From positions 974,156-1,038,155 of the forward strand of contig CAJFCJ010000013.1 of the NCBI GenBank assembly GCA_904063045.1: a DNA stretch of 64,000 nt, given 5' to 3'. This DNA is from Dimorphilus gyrociliatus (lineage: Eukaryota; Animalia; Annelida). Of the stretch, positions 10,978 through 24,732 are shown piece by piece. Numbering within the stretch: position 1 is the stretch's first letter; each line of letters starts with the position of its first letter. A program made the position numbers and the translations under genes. The notes under the pieces were generated by a model. That model was given only the letters and a program-made list of their open reading frames with translations, did not search any database and was not told the origin of the DNA.

Positions 10978-13900
10978 TTACAATAGAAGGCAAGCTTGAC
11001 TTCTTAATCGACTCTGTTTCGTTATTAGATTAGCAACTTTACTTTTCTTTGTACAGAGAGGATTCTCTTCATCTGCCTCATCGTCATCATTAACAGTTGT
11101 ATTACTTTCAACTTCTAAAGTCCTCTTTAATTCACAATTCTCATCAATATTTTCGAGTATATCTTCGTAGTACTTGTCGGTTTTACCCACTGTTGCCAAG
11201 ATCATATCTGTCTCCAAAACGTTAACTCGCGGTTGTTTCTGATGATAAGAACAAAGCCAAGAGATATCGCCATTCCCAATTTGACACTTTTTTAAATAGG
11301 CATCTTCTGTTCTAAAATAACTCTGAATTTCCGTCTCATTAAGGTATTCTATCATTGAAATATACGATGTTGAGAGCTGATCTACTGACAAAGACGACAT
11401 TTCGTTAAACTTATCGACAAGTGAATTTCCTATATTCGAATTTAAAGCTACTAAAGGAATATCGGTTTCCTTTAGAAGAGTATAAACTCTTGCAAGATAA
11501 GGTGACCAAGTCTTTATTATTTCAGTAGTTTTTTCATCGTCAGGTGAAACATTCCATTTTAAAGATTTGAAATTTTCCGGAAGATGCCATCCTTCGTCAC
11601 ATTCACATAGAAATACGAATCTATATCCCAATACTGTATCATTTTCTGATCCTTCTTCCAAGTCTAAAATAGGAAGGTGTGGTAGACTTCTAATGTTAAA
11701 GTGACTATGAATAAACAAGAAATTCTTTAGAAACTTTCTCTCTGCCAACTCAAGTAGTTCGTTTAGCTTAATTTTGTTATTAGATTCGTCTATATTTGTT
11801 TCACTTATATTATCTTCTTTTTCTTCGTCTTCTTCAAATTTCACATGTTCTTTAACAAACTTTAAAATTTCATTATCATTGTCTTCACAATATTGCAAAT
11901 CCACTTTTTGATAATCCATCGATAGCATTCCTATCTCGGATCTCATCCAATTTAGACCCGTTCCCACAACTGCAATAATGATTGGCAATCGAAGAGTCAT
12001 TGCTGCGAAACGAAATTCCATTTGGCAATTTTTCGAAGTAACGTATTCGTCGGAGACGCATGCAATGACTACTTTTGCACTCTTTAAACCTTCTGTAATA
12101 TCTTGAATCAGTCCAGTCTGACCAACCTGTTCAATATCCATCCAACAGCTAATACCTTCTCCTTCTAGTAGTTTCTTGATGCGGCGAGGGTCAACCTTCC
12201 CAATAGCTCCTTCTTTACGTTTCGTACCCTTTTCAACTGCCTCTTCAGAATTGCTCCAACAATAGCTGATAAAACAAGAGGCGGTCTTTCTTTTCTTGGT
12301 GCGATAGCTCTTTGACAGAGAGGAGAGAGAGCACATCAAATCTACCAGCTTGCTTTTCACATTTTGTGGATTTTGCATGTTGATATACAACTATAAGGCA
12401 AAAGAATAGGATAAGATAAGATTAGAATTACTTTATGGATATAATGTATATAGTATTTGAAATCCTACGTCATCTGCGCAGAGCATTCCGACGTCGCTAT
12501 CTTTTTTCCAGTTGTCACTTTTCTCCATGAGAACAATTTGAGTTTTTACTTTTAATTGTTTTTTTGAATATAGAAAAAGTTCTTTGCAAATTCGGCTTTT
12601 GAGAAAATGATCCGACATCAAAAATAGAATATCTTTAGCTTCTTTCAATGTTAAAATTGTATTCTGAATATTCGACTCGCAGCTTTCGTCCACCATTTTG
12701 CTGTATCAGTAAAATACGAAAAAGTATTAATTGCAAATGTTATCCGACTGCAAAACTAACATTGAGACTCCGGAATTCTTGATTTCATTTGATATAATTT
12801 TGAATGTATTTTCAAACGTCTGATTGTTTAAATCTTTCGATGAGAATAAGAATACAACGTATGTATCGAACTGTGAACGTAGCTTTCTTAGATTTCTTAC
12901 ATCATTTTCCAAATGGAAATCGAAATCGCTTGTCGTTTCTGGAGGAAGCATTCCTGTTCGTCGAAAGGAAACACAATTGCGCATTGGAGAATAATCTTAA
13001 TCAAGCAATTCCTTTATTTATTTATACCTTTGAGTTCAGTAATAGAAAGTGTATGGAAATTATCGGTACATTGGAGGAAAGGAATTTTCAAATCTATAGC
13101 CCTTTTTATTCTTGTGTAGGGTATAAGGCAAGGGTCTGTTGAACCCTGATGAATACATTCTTTACAGGAGATATAGCAGTCGTATTTCACTCCGACGAAT
13201 GTTTCTTGGATAAGATTTTTGAATATATCATAAACAAGGAAAAGAATATTTTCCGGTTGAGGTCCTCGTGCATCAATAATCACAGTATTTTTACTACCGA
13301 CAGTATGAATAAACTGATTTAGGCTAAAATCTATTTATACTTACTCTGTTTGCTTTAAAACTCCTCTATGGCGATTTTTCACAAGAAACGAACCATTTTT
13401 CCACATGTTTGCATCATCGCTGAACTGATATAGACGAACCTGAGCTCTATTGCACAATCCTGTTGGTAGATAGTCAAAGCGAAATACCATCTTTGCACGC
13501 GTCTCGTTCTCACCAATTTTCTCATGAAAGAACGTTTTTATCTCCTAAAGATTATGTAAAATGTAATATAGATGAAGCGTTGAAAACAATATGAGAAGTT
13601 AATGAAAGATTTTATATCCTACCTTAGGTTCTTCAATCTTTAATAAACATGGGATTATACTTGCAGGTTCATTTTTAATTGGAAATGTCAAATCAAATTC
13701 CTCAGTTAGTCTTAATAACCAAATATGTAATTCTTCCGGATATATGCTAGGTGACCAAATTTTATTAAGATCTTTATGCATCAATTTACCTTCCTAAGAA
13801 ATAAAAACACGTAAAAAAAATATTGTTATTGAGTCAATTTGACAAACTATTATTGAAGTTTCGTGAACTGATATAAGACAAGCCATCACGTCAATAATCC

Positions 13901-16900
13901 ACTGAGAATTAATAATAATCTTAGATTTGAGGAATTCATTTTGAAAATGTTGAATTGATCCTAATTCGTGTAAGAATTCGGTTGCTTGAAAGATCTATAT
14001 AAAGAAATATAATGATATTTAATTTTTCTATCATCTTTATCTACCTCGGAAATGTCATTTATTCCGCATTCATTTGCATATTGACACACAGTTTCCCATG
14101 ATAGAAGATTTTTAAATGACTTTTCACTATTGTAACAAAGAATAGTTAAATTATCATAGAAAGATACGGAAGAGAATATCTTACCTGAGCATCTTTTGTT
14201 CGAAATTTAGATAAGCTAACGGAATCTTTTCATCCATGTACTTTTCTTTCAATGTTTCAGTTATCAAATCATCAACTAATTTGTCAATACCCTTTTTTTT
14301 TAAAAAGAAAACTTAGATAGGAAATTAGCTATATTTAATAGATTTCTCTTTAAAATTATACCTGTCCAGTGAATGAGGAAACTAAATGAAAGCTCGATAT
14401 TTGAGGAAATAATCTCTGTAACTCTTTCATTGGAAGATCAGTTTTCTCTACCTGTTTATTAGAGTAGTTTAAATAATGTCTCTTTGTGATTCTATCCAAT
14501 TACCTTGTCAATTTGTGTGCCAACAATAAAAATGGGAGCATTCGGTGCGTGACAAGCTATTGAACTCAACCAGAATTTCAATCCTGAATGTTCGTAACCA
14601 CTTCTCATGTTCCACAATAGAAAATATATTGCCCTATTCGTTAGGAAAAATTGATGAGTATTATAATATACTTCTTGCCCTGCGAAATCCCATATTGAAT
14701 ATTCTATCGAGTTAATTTTCCATGTTTTAATATCAATTCCATCTGTAACATCTGGTAATGTTTCTTCCGATTCTGTATCTTCTTCCGATTGTGTCATTTT
14801 GCGAATTAAACTAGTTTTACCGGCTCCTCCAAGTCCAACAAGCATCAGTTTTGTCCTTCTACACTCAACTGATCCTTCATGCAGTCTTCTCATATAGCTC
14901 ATTATCGCAGGGAGTCCCTTATTTACAATTTCTCTCGGTGGAGTTTTCAGAGATGGACAGCCGTCTAAATTCAAAGTGTGTATTGGTAATTTACATATTG
15001 CATGGTCGATTTCCTCAAGGAGAAGATTGTAAGACAGATTTAAAGATTTTAAATGTCTCAAGTATTTTACATTATAATCCAAAGTTTTAAAAGCTTGATT
15101 TGATAAGTTTAAAGTTTCCAATTTACTCAATGAAAATGAATTATCAAGTTGTTTCAAAGGGGCAGAAGTCATATGGGGAAGCCTTTCGTACATCTTTGCA
15201 GAGAAATATGCCTTCTCATCGGGAAGTTTCGTTTGTGTTTTGTTATCCTTTACGCTTTCCTTAAATATTGTTTTCAAACATTCCTCGTCAAGGCCAATAG
15301 AGGAGTAGAGCTTTGTCTTTCCCTTAGCTATGCATTCTCTATCTAATAGGTTCTGATAGTCCATTGTTTGAATAGAGATTGAGCTCAAGTGTAAAATCTT
15401 CAAGTTGTACAATTGAAAAATTACTTTTGGAAAATCTTTGAGAATGTTATCATTAAATATCATTGAGATAAGCTGAGTTAAAAGTGAAAGTTCTTTCGGT
15501 AACGTTGGTATCGGATTACCACTAATATCGAGTTCACGTAGAAACTTTAATGTAGTAATCTCTATTGGAAATTCTTCAAGTGAATTTTCAATTAATGTTA
15601 ATGATAACAAATATTTGGACGATTTTGAAATAATATCTTGTAGTTTATCATCGAATTTTGAGAATGAATAGAGCCATAAACTATTATCGGATGTTTCTTG
15701 AACATTAAACGATTCAAGTGATTTATCTTTGGAATGCAAATCACACAATTCCGTTTGAATATGCAGTTGTTCTTCCAATTCAGATTCGCATTTTTCAAGA
15801 AGCTATAATAAAAAATAATTAGGCTATTTTTATTAAATAATCTTTAAATGTATATTCTATTGTTACTTGTTTAAAAGTAGTGCCTGTTAAGTTTCCAATA
15901 TATCCAGTTTCAATGGCCAATAAGCAGAAATAGTCTATGAGTTGAACAAACCAAGGTAACGAATAGAATGGGTGAAAGCTTTCTGAAAACTTGAATGACA
16001 GATTTTTTCTTTAAAAAATAAAAGTATGAAAAAAAATTACGTTATTTACTTACCATAGTTTTCTGGTTTAAGATCTTTGAAATCTGAATCATTATGATTA
16101 TCTTAAGTGGTTTATTAACGGGAAATAGCTCTTTTGACGAACTGCGTATTATATGCATCTGGGGAGTTTTAGAGAAGCGAGTACCGATATCGCAAACTGG
16201 ATAAATAGTTGCGTATTTAAAATTTATGATATCCTTAAGCAGTAGAGGTCTTTCCCTTAACTCATTTGGAATTAATAATCTTCCTTCCAATTGGCTACTT
16301 ATCTTATTACTCATATTATCAAGATAATCAATCTCAAACAACTCCTGATGATAATCGAAGTTATCTGAAGGAAAATGAATATGATGAATAATATTTAACA
16401 AACACGTTACAAATATAATATAAATCAATTACAAAATTCTTGAAAGATTCCTTTCGTCCTTTCATTTAGTACAGTAGGCCTAAACAATGAAAAATCTTTA
16501 GCGTTTAGTAGGCGTTCAACTAGAGATTGAGAAACAATTGGCTTATTTAAATATTTTGAATGTTCATTCACTGTTGGATCATTTGTGAAATTTAATAAAA
16601 TCGATTGAAATTCATCAACACTTTTCCATGTTGGAGATGAATGATTGTTCTCCGTTATCAGGATTTCATTGTCAGTAACATCGGCTATAAAGTACATGTT
16701 ACTATTCGATTTGAATAATTCCCCAGGATAAATGAAATCATTGTTTGAAATATCCAAAATATGTTTCTATAAGTTAAAAATAGATTTACAAAAAAGAAGA
16801 TGATAATATATATATATAATCAAAATACTAAACTGGATAATATGTCAAGTCAATATCAACTAATGTATTATTATACGACATTTTGCATCTTTTATTCCAG

Positions 16901-19900
16901 ATATTTATCTTATCTATTAATATATCGTCCAAATACAATCTTAAAAGACAGACGTTATTCTATAATGATAAAGAAACATTAGAATTGTGTATATATAATC
17001 AACTATTAAATTATTAAAAAACTTACATCGGACGTCTCTTCAAATTCTATTCTAAAGGAAGAGTAGTTTAATAGAAAGAATTTCTTCTCTCTTCTATTAC
17101 CATAATCATCGATATAACTATAAGAATTCTGATTCATATAGAAAACTCGTTCAATTTCTTCACTGAAAATTTATATATAAAAAGATTGTTTTTTATTGAA
17201 AGAACAATGAAAACGTATAGTTTCTCACTTCTCGTATCTGAAAAGGAAGAAAGTATGTAAAATAAGTAAAATATAAAAGGTTCATTAGAAAATATTAAAC
17301 CTACTCGATTAGAAAGAAAGGATCCGACGAATTACGAATGCATATACAATTAGAAATTGTAACGGAATGACAAAATATTGGAGAATCCATAACTGGTAAT
17401 TGAGTTAAATTATTTAATATTTTAACTGTAAGATCTTGTAAGAAGGTTGGATTCATTTCTTTATTTAATCGCCTTAATAGCGAATTTCTATTTATAATTC
17501 CCAATTTAGTTGAATTTTCAACAGGATGCTTTACGAACATTATATTGAAGCTATCAACTAATTTCATATTTAAATGGATTAAACTGTTGAGCTATTATAA
17601 TATGATAAAAACTTACAAAATTCTTTGTTTTTAACTTTGTTATCGGCTTCATTGTTCCATGATGCATCAATTGATCTCTAAGAATTTTAATCTTTTAAAT
17701 ATTGGTCCCAAAATTACTTTAAATATACGTTTACCTTATAAAAAGTTGAGCATTTATAAAGTGAATATTCAACTATTGTTGAAATCTCTTTGCAAATTGG
17801 ACCAAGTAGGGAAGCAGCTTCGTCTACTTTCAAAGTCCTACAGCAGATTGAAATATTTAATTCATCAATTTTAACGTCAACTTCTACAGGACCAAAATGA
17901 AAAATGATTCTCTTCTGACAAAGCTCAATAAAGTGAACACAAATGTATTCCATTTGATAAATTGTTTGTAGGTAACGAATAATCGTTGAATTTAAGAAAC
18001 CGTTTATTTTTGTTTCTACTTGATACTCTATTACAACTTCAGATAATCCTTGGAGATGCTTTATACATTTTAAGTAAGACAATGTTAAGAAATATATAAA
18101 TTTTACGTAGCGTAACGCGTTACCTCATCGTCATAGTTGTCCTTTAAAGAAGTCTTAGGTAAGTTAAGTACAAACGTACTTGCATCGTTAGGCAATCTCA
18201 ACACAAGTCCAATATCTCTCATTATATCAAATACTTCTGATACCTAATTGGAAACAAGCCTTTCTTATCGTTCTATAGTCTCTTGTTTTCTTATAATAAA
18301 AACCTCATTTACGAGTGGATTTTTTATTGATAAAAAATTTAACGGAGTATTCTCACAGATTAACGTCTCTTTTCTTAAAAAATACAACCAACTGAGAGTA
18401 TTATCGCCACACAATACTAAAGAGGAACATAACTTTTCGATAAACTTTGAAACCCATATTGGATCCACTATAAAAACATCTCCAGTTTGAAATGATTGAA
18501 CAACAATAATAATTCCCTATGGAAAAAAAAAACTATCGAATTAAATCCTGTTACCGAAAGACTTAATATAAATAAACTAAACTATTTCATGAAGAAATTT
18601 CACAGTTTTGAAATAAGGAAATCTATGAAGTTGTAACTGCTTCTTTTCAAATTCTATTACTGGATTTAATTCAGTCAACTGTTGCAAAATTATCAACATA
18701 TCCTTTTAAATTTTTATGAAAAACAATTAATACCAACGTATTTGAAAGACATATCTTCTTCTAAAGGATCAAGCAAATCTTTAGCGGCAGTTTTCGATGA
18801 GATATTCTTGTTGTCCACTATTAAATAATAATTGGATATAGGATAATTATGGAGAGAGATCTATTCAAACCTTTCAGTATTGTCACAAGATCTGTAATGT
18901 CATTAAGTGATATGAAACCCTCGTGCTTTGAAAACGCTTTCTTTAAGTTTAGGCTAAACTCTTCAACTATTGAACTACTATACTGAAGAACGAAAAGATT
19001 TTACTAAACCATTTCTTTTAAATAAATTTCTATTACTCACATTTAGAGAGGCATCCATCTCTTTTGCTTTATCAAAGCTCTTTTCAATTTCCTTCCAAAG
19101 CTAAAAAAAACAAAACAGAAAATCATCTCATCGTCGTCGATTTTATTAAATCTTTTCATGTTATTCTTAACCTCTTTATTCCCTATCTTCTTTGAGTCTA
19201 TAAATTTCCAATTCTTTTCCCCATTCTCCGCCATTTTTCTTAATAATTCCCACAGTCCAATTAGGTTGTGTAGATTATTCTGATCATTGAATTCCATGTT
19301 GGATAATTCGTCGGCGCTATTAAAGAATCAAAGAATCATTAGATGAAGGTTGCAGATAAAGGTTTGTAGTTGTTTTCGTTTACCTCGTCAATTTCTCTAT
19401 CAATTTTCCTAGGCTTTCTACCTTTGAATTGATGAGAGAATGAATTTTCTCATCCAACAATTTCTCATCGATTTTTGACTGTTGAAATCCTAAAAATAGC
19501 ACATAAGGCTTCCAATTTGGTTTCAAATTCTGAAATATTTCAAAAATTATCCTCCAAACGTTTTCTCGCTTCTCATCTCTACTCATTTATCTTTGCTCTA
19601 AACAAAATGAAATATCTCACTTTTTGCAGAATTGATATGATAACGTCGAAAAAGAAGTTTGATGTTACGTCTCCATCTCCATTCACGTTGAATGGAACGA
19701 TAATGGAGGATCTTTGAGCGGAGATAAGCGAAGAGTATTCCTGTGGAATAGTGAAATAAATAGAGGAAAATTGAAACTACTAGAGAGGAGGATGAAGAGG
19801 ATCAATTACTTCAAATAAATCATAAAAGATCCAATCGCCATGAGTAAAAACTTGAAATGGATTTGTAGTTGTTTCCATTTTAGAAGAAAGTAGCAAAGAT

Positions 19901-21054
19901 TGAAAATTTAGTCGCTTCTTCTCATTTTCTTTTTCATACATTGGCTTCATATGAAAAATTATCGCTTTTTTAGTTTTAACTATTGTATTCCTGTACTTTG
20001 GTAAATCATCTGTAGTTTTAAGACATAAAATTATATTGATTGTGGTGGAATTTCGTTAAAAAGTTCTATTTTACCTGAATTCGCACTCTTTTGAAAATTT
20101 AGAGGATCCAAAAAAGGATTCAAAGATCTAAAAAATGCGGTATATTTGGGCCATTCACCGTCAGGAATCGATATAACCTCCTTTGCCTTTTTAATAGTTA
20201 AGATAAACAGAATAATAAGAAAGGCTAATTGATTAAACCTTAATTTGGGTAGAGGGCGAAATTTTTAAAATGAAATCTAATATTGATGATGATAAGCCTT
20301 TATTTTCTGAGATATGTTGCTGAAAAATGAATGAAATGATAGAGGAAATCTGATTTACTAGTAATTTTTGTAATCTTACAAATACTGTACTATTTGTACT
20401 AATTTTTCCAATCCAATAAATACTCCAATCATCAATGGCTGAACACTTTTGTATTTTCGCTTCATTGACATTAAACTTTTTCTTATTGAATAGAAAAAAC
20501 TATTGAAACGATAAGAGAGATGGTTTGCCTACTTACAAAGTATTTTTCGTCCGTAGCATGATGGCATTTAATATAGAATAATGCGAAAAATAGATTATTT
20601 AAATATTGAATATTATCAAAATCTATAAGACAGTTGACAACTTTATTTGAATATTCTCCCAAAGGATTCTGTTATTGACATTATAAAACAATTTGAATAA
20701 AGTTTAAAGATATAAGATAAAAAATATTTACCAATTTCGATTTAGAAAATATACAATGTAAAGGTATTCGATTTCTTGGGAAAAAGTTATAATTATGAAT
20801 GAATGAGTTATTTAGAACAATTGATACTGTTTCATTAAATCTAAATGCTGAAAAGAAATTTTATGTGAAAACAGATGGAAATTTTGAAATTAGATTATAC
20901 CTCTTTTACTCTTTTTTCCATATCCTGTATTAATTATTATGAAACTTGTTAAGTGTTAATATTAACTAATTTAAGAAGACGAACCTGAAAATTTACTAGC
21001 TTCTTTCTGAGGGGATGATGATAATATGCTTACACTTTTTGCACCTTTACTCAT
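10978..21054 (-). CDS. Roco protein A: N-terminal Cys-type LRR, degenerate Roc/COR-like region, LRR, Roc GTPase, COR, tandem TIR, C-terminal COR-like tail (multi-exon)
   Basis: ORF 14492-15778 has LRRs (LxxLxLSxN) followed by Roc motifs KLMLVGLGGAGKTS, T-DGIDI, IWDFAGQEVYYNTHQFF and GTQID. COR exons lie at 13000-14400. The TIR (CFISYCW...SCWMDIE...SKNCQMEF) is in ORF 10978-12390. Upstream exons to about 21.05 kb are homologous to paralogue B. The 5' boundary and several junctions (for example near 19590-19620) are unresolved. Confidence 0.85.
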
Positions 21055-21189
21055 ATCTCTTGACAAATATTGTTATCCTTTCAAGTAGAAACAGACTGAA
21101 CTGAGCTTTAGTGTTCAATTAAAAAATAAATTTATATTATTGATATTGTATTTAATAATAATACTAGAAAAAATGTAGTACTTCTATTG

Positions 21190-21760
21190 AGCGATAACTA
21201 AGGGGTCTAACAACTTTACCAGGGAGACATGATCAATATCTTTCGCAATAAAATTGGTTGTGTTCTATATTATAAGCAATTTACGAATATTCTTTCATCT
21301 TGTTTATATATGGCACATAGCTTCTCCTTTAAAAATATCTTGATATTTAGTACTGTCCATATACTCATCGTACACTGTTATTGCCCTGTCTCCATTCCTT
21401 TTTATGCAGGTCCAGATGGATATATGGCATATTTTTACAGAAACTCTTCCGTTTTGTTGCATCGCTTGATTCAAAGCCTGGTTTGCTAGTTGCTATTTGT
21501 CCTTTTAGCCCATTCCTCCTTAAAAAAAGTTTTGCACGTGGATATGAAGATCCTGTCTCTGAATCCCGATTCTTGAAGTACATTTCGTGCCTTCAGAAAA
21601 GAATGCTTTCTTGAAATATTTCACAGGATCCTCTCTTCTTTTACAGATTAAATTCTGGGAGTTGAAAGCTCTGATAAACTGACAGTGCTGTATTTGTGTT
21701 TTTTTACCTCTTGAAAATTGAAATAATTCCTCGCATGTATTCATCGTTATAGATGGGCTG
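21190..21760 (-). pseudogene. Decayed Tc1/mariner transposase remnant
   Basis: Frameshifted fragments LFLRRNGLKGQIATSKPGF...KRKSFCK (HTH2 and linker) and ISIWTCIKRNG...YMDSTKYQDIF (VMVWGC...MNS..YQDIL block). Confidence 0.6.
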
Positions 21761-22079
21761 TCGGCGAACAACTTGTCGGCTAGCGTATTGACGGCACGCA
21801 CATCATTGAGAGAATAAAGTAGCTCTGGGTCGAAGTCATTTATGTTAGGCAATTGAGTAGCTAGGTCAAAGTAGTGGACATTGTGAATAGTTTCCAGGTT
21901 TATCATACAGTCCCAATAAAAAGTCTCTGACAGTGTTGTTCTCAAAGGGAAAAATGCAAATTATTAAACCAACAGGATATGTTTCATTATCATTTTTCGT
22001 TTAGAATAAAGGATAAGACATTTATAAACCGAATTTATAGATAGATTAATAAAATGATTTGCTTAAACTTTCTATATAA

Positions 22080-22760
22080 TCTGTGAAAATAGAAAAAAAT
22101 TCATCTTTTATTATTAATTTTCAAATCATCCAAATTTTTTGGGTATTTGTTCATATACCCTTTTCTTGATCACTATCCAAAGACTTTCGATAATATTCAG
22201 ATCTGTACTGTGGGCAGGTCAATCTTTAAGGTATTTAATTTTATTTTTTCTAAAGAAGGCTTCGAAATATTTGATGTATCCTGCTTCATCTTGCTGAAAG
22301 ACGTTTTGCCTGTTGTATATTGGCAATAAATGGTTTTTCAATGTCTCTGAATCTATTGATTAATTGCAAAATGCTATAGCGCTGGAACCATCATATTTTA
22401 TGACTACATATCATTATCTTACAGTTCTTTGCTTTGAAACTTTTTCTAGTATTTATAGGTTTTTATTTATCCTCCTTTCTACATCTGACTCCGACCTTTT
22501 GTCTTGGATACGATACCAGTCAAATGTCGTTTCATTCGAAAAAGCGTAGCTTTGAGGCTCATCCTCATTTTCCAACTTGGTATAGCCCTCTTTTATTTAA
22601 TTCAAGCATTTTCTACCCCATTTCAAGGCTTTTCTTCTCCATAACGAAATATTCTCGAACTTTTTCGTTTTATGATCGTTTAACACCACTCAGGAACAGT
22701 CAACAAGTCAGAAACTTTTTCTCCTCTATGTTAGTGAAAATTTGTAAATAAAAATTACTT
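22080..22760 (-). pseudogene. Decayed Tc1 (DD34E) transposase remnant
   Basis: Motifs FSNETTF, VFQQDEA and D*PAHSTDLNIIESLW (WPxxSPDLNPIENLW), with stops and a frameshift. Confidence 0.8.
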
Positions 22761-22999
22761 TAAAGTAAGAAAAATTGCTGTAATGAGTTCTATCTATAAT
22801 TCGGTTGTATAAATACCTTATTCTTTTTTCTAAATGAAAAAAGATAATTAAGCAAGTCTGTTAGTTAAATAATTCACTTTTTCCACTGTAAGAACAAACC
22901 TGTCAGAGACATTCTATTCGAGCTGTATTTCAATTTACCAAATTTGTAGTTACATCGGCGGTAGTTTGAAATAAAGGAGTTCGATAACAACCGAGAGGG

Positions 23000-24110
23000 A
23001 GGTTAATGTAAGCAGATTTCTTATTTGCTGAATAATTTCCAGGGTCCATGATTGGGACTATATTGTCCGATGAGTAGATCAACTTGACCCCTAGGTAATG
23101 CTTGCTAAGTATAATGTGAATTAATATACTGTTTATAGCAAATTCATTGCTATCGGTGGTAGAGAGTCTACTACGTACGCATTAATGTCGTAGTTTTTAC
23201 CCAAGTGAGGAAGAATGACTTTTACTTTCTCAGTTTGAATGGTGGTAGAAGTACCTGATACTGGAACTTGAACCTTTGAAGCATAAATAGGTTTAATTTC
23301 ATTGTTGACATCAGACTGATTCATATTTACAGAAAAGGTTGATTTAGGTGTTGTTGAATCTTTATGATGTAAAGAAGTATCATATGGTTGATGACACTTT
23401 TTGCAATTAAATTCGGATAGGCAATAGTCGCTTGTATGTCCACAACACACCCAATTACAGCAACTGTTCAGCAGCTGAACTAATTGCTTTCTCCTTTCAA
23501 AGTTTATGTTTATATGTTATGGGCAAGAAAAGGTGCAGTTCTGTTGATGATTCGTTCTAAGGCTGTTCCTCCAGCTAATGAGGTATTGCTGTAGACATAT
23601 TTCGAATCCTAGATCTTGAAAGCTATTTTTATTAGCATAATCGTTGTTCATGTTGCGGAATTGACGAGTGTGTACTTCTTCCGAAATCCAACAGAAATAA
23701 CGGTTTTATAAAGATATTGCAAGTTAGTAGCATTGAACCTTTCAAATGGATCAATTCTTTTGTTTCTTTGAAAATCAGTTCGTGTGGTAAGTTCGTACGT
23801 TGTAGAGTCGGTTTTGGTTTGTTTATTAGTAATAAATGACGCTCTGTGCTCTTCTTTGTTTTGAAAATTTCCAAAAAAATGTTCAATGTTCGAAGATCCG
23901 CCATCTTGTTCTTTGACCGTTGAGACATGTTCCATCTATTACAATTATTTTTGTAACCTTTCTTCAAATTTATTTCTTTGCTCCTTCAATTTATCATCGA
24001 GAGTTGATGATTATGTCCTATTGACCATTTCAGTTGTGCTTTCCATTTCAGTCGGACGGTTGGTGCAGTTGGCCATTTAAATTTTACTCTTTCTTCCGAT
24101 TATTTTATTC
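23000..24110 (-). mobile_element. BEL/Pao LTR-retrotransposon gag-protease fragment
   Basis: Cys-His motif CCGHTSDYCLSEFNCKKCHQPYDTSLH (BEL gag type), the protease-region motif GQVDLLIG near 23070-23095, and a gag N-terminus at about 24077. Confidence 0.75.
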
Positions 24111-24249
24111 AATTTCACTTATACTTTAACTTATTCAATTTAAAAAAAAAGACAGAAAAAAAGTGTGACAATAGTCTGCCAAACTCTTTCTCCCGTTCCT
24201 TTATACTATTGTTATTATTTATTTGTTCTACTTCTTGTATCTTCTCCAA

Positions 24250-24730
24250 TAAATGATTAAGTAAATTTCATACACTTTCTGTTTCAAATAAAATCGTCAA
24301 TTTTCAATAGAGTTAAGTTCTGGTAAATATGGAGGCTAATCAACTTGTTTAATCTCATTTTCTTGGACGATAGCTGTAGTTACATTGGTAATGTATGGTG
24401 ATGCATTTTCCTGCTGCCAGATGAAGTTCTCGCCAAATTTTTACCTCAACATTGGAATAATTTTTCCCTGGATAAACCCAGAGTAGATTTCTCCAGAGAC
24501 ATTAGAAGGAAGTCTTTTGATGAAAACTTCATCATCTGAAGATATACACCCCTACACCATCATTCCAGAGTCTTGATCTATCATCTAACTGGCAAGTTAG
24601 TAGGTGATCTGGACCATCTAGGGAAAACCTATATTCATTAGTAAAGACTACTCTATTGTTATCAATTTGCTGTTGAATCCATCCACCTACTGGAGCTACT
24701 TTGTATTTTTAGCCCTTGTTGACAGGCAAA
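24250..24730 (-). pseudogene. Decayed Tc1/Tc3-like transposase remnant
   Basis: Motifs RVVFTNEYRFSLDGPD, FIWQQENASP and D*PPYLPELNSIEN*. Confidence 0.8.
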
Positions 24731-24732
24731 CT

